A stretch of 64,000 nucleotides of DNA from Candidatus Magasanikbacteria bacterium RIFCSPHIGHO2_02_FULL_48_18 (GTDB taxonomy: Bacteria; Patescibacteriota; Patescibacteriia; Magasanikbacterales; UBA922), in the NCBI GenBank assembly GCA_001784285.1, contig MFQC01000001.1, positions 29,780 to 93,779 of the forward strand, written 5' to 3'. This document shows positions 8,875 through 17,942 of the stretch, in pieces. The position numbers were made by a program, and so were the translations under genes. The notes beneath the pieces were generated by a model. That model saw only the letters and a program-made list of their open reading frames with translations, was not told the origin of the DNA and ran no database searches. Each line of letters opens with the position of its first letter. The stretch's first letter is position 1.

Positions 8875-9966
8875 ATGAACACACTCCGTATTAAAAAAAA
8901 AATTTTCTTCCTTTTTGGTTCAATTCTTCTTTTGAGTTTTTTTTTAATTGGATTCGCGCTTTGGTCCAAAAATCGAGAAATCCTTGTCAGCCAGCCGGAA
9001 AAAATATCCCTGCCGCAAGGACTCTTTTTTTCGTTCACGAAACAACAGCATCTTCTTTTTTGGAACAATGAAAAATACCTGCTTTCTTTTTTGGATATAT
9101 CAAACAATATCCTGCCTAAACAGATGCTCTTTACAGAAAAAATAGTTGGCATTACCAATATTGTTTGGTCGCCGACAGAAAACGGCGCCTCCATTGAAAC
9201 AACGAATGGAAAATTTGTTCTTTTATTTGATGATGAAAAAACAATACCACTCCCAAAAGGCGCCATAGGCGTCACCTGGTCGCCGGATGGGCAATTCCTC
9301 GCGTATCAAACATTCTCATCGGAGAGCCAATATACAAGCGTTATTTCCATTCTTGACATTGCAGACCAAAACGTCCTTTCTGAATATATGATTGATATGT
9401 CTGATCATCCAGAAACAACCGGGCAAGTATTGTTATACTGGATTGAAAAAGACAGACTCTGGTATGCTCCGGAAGTGACTGATGGCGGGGTGCCATTTTG
9501 GTATCCCATTGAAAAAAATACCATTGAAAAAAGAAAAAATTTTGACCGAAAAAATATTGGCATTGTTGACGTATCCCCAGATGGGAGTTATCTTTTATAT
9601 ACCAAACCAACGGAAGATATTGATCGCTCGGACTTTATCTATGGAATTTTGAACCGGGAAACCGAAGCCGAAATAAATATGGACCTTACAGCGACCAATA
9701 CCACCTGTGCATGGCAGACGAATTCAGCGCTCCTCTGCCTGAAAAAAGAAAACCAATATTTTATCTTTGGGACTGTTGATTTTAAGAAAGAAGAATATGT
9801 ACTTCAAAATATTTTTCCCGAATCAGAAAGCACCGTGTCCATCACCTCCTTTCTTTTTAATGAAAAAACAAATACAATTTATTTTCTGAATATAAGGGAT
9901 GAACTATACGCCGCCAACACACTCAAAACAAAACCTATCTTTCAACTATCTGAAACAAACGACTGA
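8875..9966 (+). CDS. membrane-anchored PD40/TolB-like beta-propeller protein (paralog of 5816-7042)
   Basis: N-terminal TM IFFLFGSILLLSFFLIGFALW. Blades IVWSPTENGASIE, GVTWSPDGQFLAYQ, VDVSPDGSYLLYTKP. Confidence 0.5.
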   Translation: MNTLRIKKKIFFLFGSILLLSFFLIGFALWSKNREILVSQPEKISLPQGLFFSFTKQQHLLFWNNEKYLLSFLDISNNILPKQMLFTEKIVGITNIVWSPTENGASIETTNGKFVLLFDDEKTIPLPKGAIGVTWSPDGQFLAYQTFSSESQYTSVISILDIADQNVLSEYMIDMSDHPETTGQVLLYWIEKDRLWYAPEVTDGGVPFWYPIEKNTIEKRKNFDRKNIGIVDVSPDGSYLLYTKPTEDIDRSDFIYGILNRETEAEINMDLTATNTTCAWQTNSALLCLKKENQYFIFGTVDFKKEEYVLQNIFPESESTVSITSFLFNEKTNTIYFLNIRDELYAANTLKTKPIFQLSETND

Positions 9967-11290
9967 ACAACTTTTTCTCTGTACCAACTGCGACGCCCAA
10001 TACACCAAATGGGCGGGCAGGTGTTTGGAATGCGGAAAATGGGGAACAATTGAAAATTTTCAAGCTCCAATGTCCAAAAGACAAGATAAAACATCCGAAT
10101 ACCCACCCACAAAAACACAAACGCTCAAAGATATTGCGTCACAACATACGGTAAGGAAAAAAACCGGCATACATGAACTCGACACCGTGCTTGGCGGCGG
10201 CATTGTGCCGGGAAGCCTTCTGTTAATGGGAGGTGAGCCGGGCATTGGAAAATCAACGCTCGCTCTCCAATTGGCCGCCCTTGTCTCGCCCGCACTCTAT
10301 ATTTCGGGCGAAGAGTCACTGGGCCAGATAAAAATGCGGGCTGACCGGCTCAATATTCACGCGCAAGGTCTTTCGCTTGCCAATGAAACCAATGTGGAGC
10401 GTATTGCCGCGACCATTCGGGAACAAAAACCCGCCATAGCGATTATTGATTCCATCCAAACCATTTTTTCTGATGAGGTAAGCGGCGAAATTGGGGGTGT
10501 AAACCAAGTACGCGTCTGCGCCACAAAACTCCTTGACGTTGCAAAATCATCAGGGGTCGCAGTCATTATTATTGGACATGTCACCAAAGACGGTTCGGTC
10601 GCCGGACCAAAAACCTTGGAACATTTGGTTGATACGGTCCTCTCGTTTGAAGGAGAAAAAGACCAGCAATACCGCATTCTCCGAGCAACCAAGAACAGAT
10701 TCGGGCCGACCGATGAAGTGGGTATTTTTGAAATGATCGAAACCGGCCTTGCGGAAGTGAAAAACGCGTCCGCGTGTTTTTTGAAAGATCGCGGCGACGA
10801 TGTGCCGGGCAACATTGTGACCTGCCTTATGGAAGGCAAACGGCCGCTCCTCGTTGAAATCCAAGCGTTGGTCAACAAAACCGCGTTTGGCTACCCGGTC
10901 CGCAAAGCCAGTGGTTTTGATCTCAACCGGCTCCATGTATTGGTTGCTGTTCTTCAAAAGCGCGCCAACATCAATTTGGCCCAATATGATATTCATATCA
11001 ACGTCGTTGGCGGCATCAAAGCCGAAGAACCGGCGTCCGACCTCGCGGTCTGTTTGGCGATTGTGAGCAGTTACAAAGACAAACCGCTTGGCAAAGACGT
11101 GGTGGTGTTTGGGGAGGTTGGTTTGGGTGGTGAAGTGCGAGCCGTGTCACATCGAGACAAACGCATCAAAGAATGTGAGGCGCTACAGATGAAGAAAATT
11201 ATTACCGCGCAAGCCAAAAAGAAAACCGCTGAACACACGATTACCATTATAGGAGTAAAAAATATCCAAGAACTTATAACCCAGACCTAA
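9899..11290 (+). CDS. radA: DNA repair protein RadA/Sms
   Basis: Zinc finger CTNCDAQYTKWAGRCLECGKWG. Walker A GGEPGIGKSTL. KNRFG motif (ATKNRFGPTDEVGIFEM). Lon-protease-like C-terminus. The only ATG start gives a 68-nt overlap with the upstream gene. Confidence 0.85.
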   Translation: MNYTPPTHSKQNLSFNYLKQTTEQLFLCTNCDAQYTKWAGRCLECGKWGTIENFQAPMSKRQDKTSEYPPTKTQTLKDIASQHTVRKKTGIHELDTVLGGGIVPGSLLLMGGEPGIGKSTLALQLAALVSPALYISGEESLGQIKMRADRLNIHAQGLSLANETNVERIAATIREQKPAIAIIDSIQTIFSDEVSGEIGGVNQVRVCATKLLDVAKSSGVAVIIIGHVTKDGSVAGPKTLEHLVDTVLSFEGEKDQQYRILRATKNRFGPTDEVGIFEMIETGLAEVKNASACFLKDRGDDVPGNIVTCLMEGKRPLLVEIQALVNKTAFGYPVRKASGFDLNRLHVLVAVLQKRANINLAQYDIHINVVGGIKAEEPASDLAVCLAIVSSYKDKPLGKDVVVFGEVGLGGEVRAVSHRDKRIKECEALQMKKIITAQAKKKTAEHTITIIGVKNIQELITQT

Positions 11291-11300
11291 AAAATAGGAA

Positions 11301-13472
11301 TTATTCTAAATGTACTTTTTCTTCCCATTCTTTTACTCTTTCTTTTAATTGTGGGAATTGCGCAAAATCAATGTCTCTCGCGAGCTTTCGCGCGAGCTGA
11401 ATAATGGACCCATCTTTCATGGTTGCCAGACGAAACTGCATCATGCCGCTTTGCGCCGTGCCATACACGTCTCCGGGACCGCGCGTTTGCAAATCATATT
11501 CGGCAAGTAAAAACCCATCCGTTGTTTTTTCAAAAAAAGCAAGCCGCTCCCGAACGGTTTCCGTATCGTTATCCGTAAACAAAAAACAATAGGATTGGTG
11601 GTTACTCCTGCCCACGCGGCCACGAAATTGATGCAGTTGTGCCAAGCCAAAACGCTCTGCCCCTTCAATCATCATGACTGATGCGTTGGGAATATCCACG
11701 CCGACTTCGACGACTGATGTTGACACAAGAACATTAGTCTCCCCTTTTTGAAATAACGCCATAACGTCATCTTTTTCTTTGGTCTTCATTTTGCCGTGAA
11801 GATACGCGACCTTGAGATCTGGAAAAATAGTTTCTGATAATTTTTTGTATTCCGATAAAACAGATTTTTTTTCTAACTGATAGTTTATATCTTGTGTCTT
11901 AGAATGTGATTCTTTTTCTTCTATCAACGGACAAATAACAAACACCTGTCTCCCATTCTTCACCTGTTCTCGAATAAACGCGTACGCCTTACCCCGATTG
12001 TGAGGATCAACCAGTCTGGTTTTGATCGGTTTTCTTCCCGCGGGCATTTCGTTGATAATGGATAGGTCCAGATCGCCATAGAGCGTCAATGCGAAGGTCC
12101 GCGGAATTGGCGTTGCCGTCATACTCAAAAAATGCGGCGTTGTTGTGGTATGTCCGGATTTATCCCGAATTATTTTTCGCTGTTCCACGCCAAAACGATG
12201 CTGTTCGTCGATAATAACAAGACCGAGATTTTTGAATTGGACATCCCCGTTCAGCAATGCATGCGTCCCAACAATAATATGAGCACCGCCAGAACGAATA
12301 TGCTCAATGACATTTCTTTTTCGCGATGCCAATGATGTAGGCTGTTTTTTTGTTTTTAAACTTTCATCTTGACCGCTGATAATATGTTGGCTTTGACCTT
12401 CTTTTTCTTCAACACTGCCCCCTGTCAACAGCCCCAGAGAAATATCAAGAGCACAAAACAGCCCACGCAACGATTCAAAATGTTGTTTTGCCAATATCTC
12501 GGTCGGCGCCATAAGTATGGCCTGTTGGCCATTCAGTATCGTGTTGTACAAGGACAGCGCGGCAACAATCGTTTTTCCCGAACCCACATCCCCCTCAAGA
12601 AGACGATTCATGGGTGTTGTTTTTTCCACATCTTGAAGTATTTCCCATGCCGCAATTTTTTGCGCTTTGGTAAGCTGAAATGGCAGTCCATCCACAAAAT
12701 TTTTTATTTCTTTTTGGTGAAAAATCAAAGATGGCGCAACCTCGCGCTTGATGGTCTGGCGTATCATCTCCGCTCGAAGTTGCAGGACAAAAATTTCATC
12801 AAACTTCAGTCGTTTTTCCGCATGAAGCAAATCCGTGCTGTCTTCTGGAAAATGAATGGCGCGTATGGCGTTTTGAATGGGGACAAGGTCGGCCTCTTCC
12901 ACAATGGTTTCCGGAAGCCATTCCGGAATGTTTTCCGAAAGAGCGATCACCTGGCTCACGAGAAAACGGAGCTGTTTTTGCGTCATCCCCGCGGTCAAAG
13001 AATACATAGGCACAATGCGCGCCGTGTGCGTCGTGTCTGTGCGGTCAGTCGGCGTTGACTGGTGTACTTTTTCGTACGCCGGACTTTTCATAACCATACC
13101 AATCATGTCGCTCCCCACTTTGCCCGAAAAATAAACCGAATTACCCGCACGAAGACTTTGTGTTAAAAACGGCTGGCCAAACCACACCACGCGAAGTTGA
13201 CCCGAGTCATCCGATACCAACGCTTCGGTAATAATGGTTCGTTTCCTCGGGCTCCGTTTGTTGGCAATTAATTCTATTTTTCCACGTACGGTTACCAGCT
13301 CACCCTCCTTCTGCGAGAGCTCACGGATAGCAACCGTTTGACTAAAATCTTCATAGCGAAACGGAAAATACCACAACAAATCCCGGACCGTGCGAATACC
13401 AAGATGACTTAGTTTTTTCCCTAAGGTTTTTCCAACACGATTGAGAGCGGCAACCGAAGTGTCAAGATGCAT
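11301..13472 (-). CDS. recG: ATP-dependent DNA helicase RecG
   Basis: N-terminal wedge/OB region. Walker A DVGSGKT, DEQHRFGV (DEQH box), and C-terminal helicase motifs HGKMKTKEKDDVM and QLHQFRGRVGR. Confidence 0.85.
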   Translation of the reverse strand: MHLDTSVAALNRVGKTLGKKLSHLGIRTVRDLLWYFPFRYEDFSQTVAIRELSQKEGELVTVRGKIELIANKRSPRKRTIITEALVSDDSGQLRVVWFGQPFLTQSLRAGNSVYFSGKVGSDMIGMVMKSPAYEKVHQSTPTDRTDTTHTARIVPMYSLTAGMTQKQLRFLVSQVIALSENIPEWLPETIVEEADLVPIQNAIRAIHFPEDSTDLLHAEKRLKFDEIFVLQLRAEMIRQTIKREVAPSLIFHQKEIKNFVDGLPFQLTKAQKIAAWEILQDVEKTTPMNRLLEGDVGSGKTIVAALSLYNTILNGQQAILMAPTEILAKQHFESLRGLFCALDISLGLLTGGSVEEKEGQSQHIISGQDESLKTKKQPTSLASRKRNVIEHIRSGGAHIIVGTHALLNGDVQFKNLGLVIIDEQHRFGVEQRKIIRDKSGHTTTTPHFLSMTATPIPRTFALTLYGDLDLSIINEMPAGRKPIKTRLVDPHNRGKAYAFIREQVKNGRQVFVICPLIEEKESHSKTQDINYQLEKKSVLSEYKKLSETIFPDLKVAYLHGKMKTKEKDDVMALFQKGETNVLVSTSVVEVGVDIPNASVMMIEGAERFGLAQLHQFRGRVGRSNHQSYCFLFTDNDTETVRERLAFFEKTTDGFLLAEYDLQTRGPGDVYGTAQSGMMQFRLATMKDGSIIQLARKLARDIDFAQFPQLKERVKEWEEKVHLE

Positions 13473-13480
13473 ATGAAGAC

Positions 13481-13489
13481 ATCATACCA
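13481..13489 (-). promoter_or_regulatory. extended -10 element (TGGTATGAT) immediately upstream of recG; possibly a leaderless transcript
   Basis: Minus-strand TGGTATGAT lies 8 nt upstream of the recG ATG. Confidence 0.25.
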
Positions 13490-13576
13490 TATTGAAAAAA
13501 CAATAAAAACGATCAAAAAAAGACGGAAAATTACAATCCGACTTTTTGAGACAGTCAAAATTTGACTTTTCCTTTC

Positions 13577-13651
13577 TGGTGCTCCCGGCAGGAATCGAAC
13601 CTACATTGCAAGATCCGCAATCTTGTGTCCTATCCATTGAACGACGAGAGC
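13577..13651 (-). tRNA. tRNA-Arg (anticodon GCG), CCA encoded
   Basis: Hand-folded cloverleaf: acceptor GCTCTCG/CGGGAGC, D-stem GTTC/GGAC, anticodon stem CAAGA/TCTTG with loop TTGCGGA, T-arm GTAGG-TTCGATT-CCTGC, discriminator A, CCA. Confidence 0.7.
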
Positions 13652-13734
13652 CTTCAAAAACTCCAAAGCCGACCAAAGTATAGCCAAAAAAACAAAAACC
13701 GTCAACCCAGTGTGACGGCTCTGCCGGAAAAAAA

Positions 13735-14238
13735 CTAATGCAACATCCATTGCCGCGCAATCATATCGGCAAACGGCTCTTCTTCTTTTTCAATGTCTTC
13801 TTTGAGATACGGGACAAGCGTGTCACGAATTTCAACAGGATTTTGTTCCAAAAGAGGAATACGTAATTTTGGACGAGCCGGACTTTTGGTTTCGAAAAAA
13901 AGCGTTTTGACGAAAGGAGGGTTATATACAATATAAAATGTCTCAAGTTCGGAATAGGTATAAAAGCGATTACTAATGACGATGCCAAATTCCGTGATGC
14001 CAATAGTTACTTTGAGGGGTTCCTGTTTTCCTTGAAGAAATAAAATAATCGCGGCCAAAATAATGACAAGCGCAAACAAAAAATTGCCGCTGAAAACCGC
14101 ATACCCAAGGAGGAGAAGGGCAACGATACTCATAAGCGCGTACCACGCTCGGCTTCGGTTATGCGTTTCATATTCTGGAGCGGTCCATGTATGAAGGACA
14201 TCCCCAATAATGGTATGTTGATCAATGACTTTGGGCAT
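13735..14238 (-). CDS. hypothetical small membrane protein (two TM helices) between two tRNA genes
   Basis: The ORF-track start at 14307 overlaps tRNA-Val, so the start was moved to MPKVIDQH at 14238. Hydrophobic segments AWYALMSIVALLLLGYAVF and FLFALVIILAAIILFL. Confidence 0.4.
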   Translation of the reverse strand: MPKVIDQHTIIGDVLHTWTAPEYETHNRSRAWYALMSIVALLLLGYAVFSGNFLFALVIILAAIILFLQGKQEPLKVTIGITEFGIVISNRFYTYSELETFYIVYNPPFVKTLFFETKSPARPKLRIPLLEQNPVEIRDTLVPYLKEDIEKEEEPFADMIARQWMLH

Positions 14239-14261
14239 AGAATCGAGAGAAATGTCAATAG

Positions 14262-14335
14262 TGCACACGCCTGGATTCGAACCAGGGACCTCATGAATGT
14301 GAATCATGCGCTCTAACCAACTGAGCTACGTATGC
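14262..14335 (-). tRNA. tRNA-Val (anticodon CAC), CCA not encoded
   Basis: Hand-folded: acceptor GCATACG/CGTGTGC, D-arm GCTC-AGTTGGTTA-GAGC, anticodon stem CATGA/TCATG with loop TTCACAT, T-arm CCTGG-TTCGAAT-CCAGG, discriminator A followed by CTA. Confidence 0.7.
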
Positions 14336-14455
14336 CTTTTCAGGCATATACATCGGAATTGACATTTAACCCAAATAAATGGTCAAGTTAATTTTGTCAA
14401 TTGTCAATTGTTAATAGAATACCATAATACCGAGGAAAAAGGCAAGAATATCATA

Positions 14456-14484
14456 TTGAAAAATAACGCCAACTCCAGTATACT
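14456..14484 (+). promoter_or_regulatory. sigma-70-type promoter (TTGAAA -17- TATACT) for the LytR-CpsA-Psr gene, with a very short 5' UTR
   Basis: TTGAAA at 14456-14461, a 17-nt spacer, TATACT at 14479-14484. The ATG is at 14500. Several TTGACA/TTGTCA boxes lie upstream at 14357-14407 in the divergent region. Confidence 0.4.
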
Positions 14485-14499
14485 AGACGTGCTCGCACT

Positions 14500-15921
14500 A
14501 TGGAACAAGCTCCTATTAATTTTTTGCACCAAGGAGAACCCGGCCTTCCATTGCAACCAAGGAGAAAACGGGTTATTTTTTTATTGATCCTCGCGTTCAT
14601 CGGGTGTCTTTTTATTGCAAGAGCTGTTATAAAAGCGCAATTGCCGGAAGATCCAAAGGCGTATGACCCCGTAACCTTAGAGCCCATCAAGCCAAAAGGG
14701 TTATTTAAAAAAATAACCGGTCTGGTATTTGGAGAACAAGAACCGCTGGAGGGCCAACGCTCGGACCGCATCAACATGCTTCTCACCGGCATGGGCGGCC
14801 CCGGGCATGATGGACCATTTTTGACCGATACCATTATGGTCGTGAGCGTAAAACCCTCGACGAAACAAGTTGCGATGATTTCCATTCCTCGCGATCTCGG
14901 CATCGAAATTCCAGGGCACGGATGGAAAAAAATCAACGCCGCCAATGCCATCGGCGAAGCACAGAAAAAAAATCTTGGCGGGGCGTATGCGGCGCAAGTG
15001 ATCCAAGAAGCATTCAACACGGATATCCATTATTATGTACGCATCGACTTTGCGGCATTTGAAGAAATCATTGACGAACTTGACGGCATAAAAATTGATG
15101 TGGAAAATGGATTTACGGATCCGATGTATCCGGCGGAAAATGAAGAATATCAAACCGTCACGTTCGCAAAAGGAGTAGAAACCATGAATGGAAAACGCGC
15201 GCTCATTTTTGCGCGCTCGCGGCATGGAAACAACGGCGAGGGATCGGATTTTGCGCGAGCCAAGCGACAACAAAAAGTATTGTTGGCGCTCAAAGAAAAA
15301 GCACTCACCTTCAATACGCTGACGAACCCGGTGCATGTGCACAATATTTTGAAGAGTCTCGACAAGCATCTCACAACCAACATGGAATTTTCCGACATCA
15401 TTGCGATGATGAAATTGGCAAAAGAACTCGATACGAGCCACATTATCACGACGGTCCTCGACAATGGCACCGACGGCTACCTTGTCAACGGAACCAGCCC
15501 GGACGGCGCGTTTATTCTTCAGCCCAAAACAGGAAATTTTGATGAAATCAACTCCCTCATGGAACATATTTTTGACCAAGAAACCCTGACCACCGAAAAT
15601 AGCACCCCTGTCCAAGATCCGCCCACGTACCAAGACACCAATATTGAAATTCAAAATGGGACATGGCAGGCCGGATTGGCCGCACGAGCGGCAAAATATA
15701 TTCAGGATAAAGGATTTTTCGTCGCGGCGATCGGCAACACCGCGGTCCGCCCCCAAGGAAAAAGCGCGATTATTTACGTCAAAAAAGGACCTCCGCCAGA
15801 GGCCTTGAAAGCGCTTCAAGAAACGCTGAAAATCCCCATTATCGAACACCTCCCTGAATCAGAATCGGCCACCACGACCGCGGATATTTTGGTTATTCTC
15901 GGAGATGATTATCAAGAATGA
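14500..15921 (+). CDS. LytR-CpsA-Psr (LCP) family protein with C-terminal LytR_C-like domain
   Basis: N-terminal TM. LCP core RINMLLTGMGG...DTIMVVSV...ISIPRDL...NAANAIG...NGKRALIFARSRHG. Confidence 0.8.
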   Translation: MEQAPINFLHQGEPGLPLQPRRKRVIFLLILAFIGCLFIARAVIKAQLPEDPKAYDPVTLEPIKPKGLFKKITGLVFGEQEPLEGQRSDRINMLLTGMGGPGHDGPFLTDTIMVVSVKPSTKQVAMISIPRDLGIEIPGHGWKKINAANAIGEAQKKNLGGAYAAQVIQEAFNTDIHYYVRIDFAAFEEIIDELDGIKIDVENGFTDPMYPAENEEYQTVTFAKGVETMNGKRALIFARSRHGNNGEGSDFARAKRQQKVLLALKEKALTFNTLTNPVHVHNILKSLDKHLTTNMEFSDIIAMMKLAKELDTSHIITTVLDNGTDGYLVNGTSPDGAFILQPKTGNFDEINSLMEHIFDQETLTTENSTPVQDPPTYQDTNIEIQNGTWQAGLAARAAKYIQDKGFFVAAIGNTAVRPQGKSAIIYVKKGPPPEALKALQETLKIPIIEHLPESESATTTADILVILGDDYQE

Positions 15922-15928
15922 CTCTCAT

Positions 15929-17368
15929 ATGGAACAAAAACCCAAAATACACAAAGACTCGTTGCCAACCATTGCGCTCGTCGGCCGGGTGAATGTTGGA
16001 AAATCAACATTGTTCAACACGCTTATTGAAGAAAACAAAGCTATTGTGTCTTCTGTCGCCGGAACAACGCGAACCAGCAATGAAGGCATTATTCTTTGGC
16101 GCGGAAAAGAACTCCGCATCATTGATACCGGCGGACTCACGTTTACGGATGAGGTACCGCTTGAAGCAGACATTATCAAACAAACGGAGCACGCGATGAA
16201 TATCGCCGATATTGTCGTGTTTATCACCGACGCGAAAGCAGGCATTTTGCCGCAAGAACGAGAACTTGCCCGCCGACTCAGAAAAATCATCATAAAACCG
16301 GTCCTCTTGGTTGCAAATAAAGCAGACAGCAAAAAAATAGATCGCGAGATGGATATTGGCGCCTGGCTCAAGCTCGGACTCGGCGAACCGTTTCTATTGT
16401 CCGCGACAAGCGGAAAAAATCTTGGCGATTTCCTCGATGCCATACACACGCTTCTTGAAACACTGTCAAAACCAGCGCAAGACAGAAAAGAACCAAACGC
16501 AGACATTGTGCAGATAACGATTATTGGAAAACCAAATGTTGGAAAATCATCCCTCTTTAACAAACTTATTGGACAAGAAAAAGTTATCGTGAGCGACATG
16601 CCGCACACCACGCGGGAACCATATGATACCTTGGTGACATATCACTATACCGACTGGCAAGAACAGGAAGAAAAAACGGCGACGAATACGTCACCGAACC
16701 AAAAAGAGAAAACACTGCTCATTAATTTTATTGACACCGCGGGCATTCGGCGAAAAACAAAAGTGTCGGGAGAGTTGGAACAAAAAGGCATCATGAAAAG
16801 CATTCAACGCATTGAAACATCGGACATCATTCTTTTTGTATTGGATGGATCGGAAACCATCTCAAGCCAAGATAAACAACTGGGCGGCCTTATTGAGCGG
16901 CGAGGAAAAAGCGTCATAATTCTTGTAAACAAATGGGATCTGGCAACCGACACCAGCGACAGCAAAAGAAACGCAGTAAAAAAAATGATATACGCGCAGT
17001 TCCCCCATCTGGATTTTGCGCCGATTCTCTTTGTGAGCGGCAAAACCGGGTATCGCGTACACGCAATATTTCCGGAACTCGCTCATGTGTGGCAGGCGCG
17101 GCACACGAAGCCGCCGGTCAAAGGCCTCGAATACGTCCTCAAGCAAACTATTGCGTCGCACCTTCCCTCACGAGGAAAAGGAACACGGTTTCCAAAAATC
17201 CTTGGCATCCGGCAGATCGGCGTCGCACCGCCAGTGATTGAGCTTGTAATAAAACACAAAACATCTCTCCACGAGTCCTATACGCATTTTTTGGAACGAA
17301 ATCTTCGCGAGCATTTTGACTTTACCGGCGTTCCCGTTATAATAACCTTGCGAAAACAAAAAAAATAA
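15929..17368 (+). CDS. der: ribosome-associated GTPase Der/EngA (tandem GTPase domains plus KH-like domain)
   Basis: First G domain GRVNVGKSTLFN / DTGG / NKAD. Second G domain GKPNVGKSSLFN / DTAG / NKWD. The start was placed at MEQKPKI; an alternative upstream ATG at 15905 would overlap the LCP gene by 17 nt. Confidence 0.9.
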   Translation: MEQKPKIHKDSLPTIALVGRVNVGKSTLFNTLIEENKAIVSSVAGTTRTSNEGIILWRGKELRIIDTGGLTFTDEVPLEADIIKQTEHAMNIADIVVFITDAKAGILPQERELARRLRKIIIKPVLLVANKADSKKIDREMDIGAWLKLGLGEPFLLSATSGKNLGDFLDAIHTLLETLSKPAQDRKEPNADIVQITIIGKPNVGKSSLFNKLIGQEKVIVSDMPHTTREPYDTLVTYHYTDWQEQEEKTATNTSPNQKEKTLLINFIDTAGIRRKTKVSGELEQKGIMKSIQRIETSDIILFVLDGSETISSQDKQLGGLIERRGKSVIILVNKWDLATDTSDSKRNAVKKMIYAQFPHLDFAPILFVSGKTGYRVHAIFPELAHVWQARHTKPPVKGLEYVLKQTIASHLPSRGKGTRFPKILGIRQIGVAPPVIELVIKHKTSLHESYTHFLERNLREHFDFTGVPVIITLRKQKK

Positions 17369-17373
17369 CCGCT

Positions 17374-17928
17374 ATGAAAGCCATTATCGGCCTTGGAAAT
17401 CCCGGAAAAGCGTACGAAAAAACCAGACACAACGTTGGATTTATGGTTCTCGATACGCTTATAACATCCGCATCCTGGTCATCCTTCCCGGATTGGTCGT
17501 TGAGCAAAAAATACAATGCGCTCGTTTCCGAAGGAACAAAAGAGGGGGAGAAAATACTCTGCGCCAAACCAATGACGTTTATGAACGCCTCCGGCCAAAG
17601 CGTTCAATTGATCGCTCATTTTTATCACCTCTCTCTCGACGACATCCTCGTGGTCCACGACGACAAAGATTTGCTTCTCGGGGAAGTCAAAATGCAAAAA
17701 GATCGGGGAGACGCGGGGCACAATGGCGTGCGCTCCATCATGGATTTGCTCGGAACCAAAAATTTTACGCGGGTGAGAGTGGGCGTTCATCCGGCGGACA
17801 ACAAAAAAATGACAGACACGGCGGCATTTGTATTGCGCAAATTTGCTTTTTCAGAACGAACCATAGTCAAAAACGCGATTCAAAAAAGTATTACCCATAT
17901 TGAAACATTTCTTCAGGCACGATCATAA
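17374..17928 (+). CDS. pth: peptidyl-tRNA hydrolase
   Basis: MKAIIGLGNPGKAYEKTRHNVGFMVLD and HNGVRS motifs. Confidence 0.9.
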   Translation: MKAIIGLGNPGKAYEKTRHNVGFMVLDTLITSASWSSFPDWSLSKKYNALVSEGTKEGEKILCAKPMTFMNASGQSVQLIAHFYHLSLDDILVVHDDKDLLLGEVKMQKDRGDAGHNGVRSIMDLLGTKNFTRVRVGVHPADNKKMTDTAAFVLRKFAFSERTIVKNAIQKSITHIETFLQARS

Positions 17929-17942
17929 TTGTTGAAGGAGGT

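Noticed and set aside
5816-9966. Considered calling the pilin-like plus hydrolase cluster, or the giant-gene cluster, a type IV secretion locus
   Set aside because: No VirB4/VirD4/VirB6/VirB11-type ATPase or channel genes are present anywhere in the window. Only the pilin-like topology and a hydrolase are seen, so the T4SS link is kept as a hypothesis in the findings rather than an annotation.
12369-13134. ORFs 12369-13058 (+) and 12877-13134 (+) antisense to recG
   Set aside because: The recG frame carries all helicase motifs. The antisense ORFs have no motifs and atypical composition.
13482-13760. ORF 13482-13760 (-) and the long version of ORF 13735-14307 (-)
   Set aside because: They overlap the hand-folded tRNA-Arg and tRNA-Val genes respectively. 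The protein start was moved downstream of tRNA-Val, and the other ORF was discarded.
14701-15849. 382-aa ORF on the minus strand overlapping the LCP gene
   Set aside because: The plus-strand frame encodes a complete LCP domain. The antisense product is Arg/Phe-rich with no domain.
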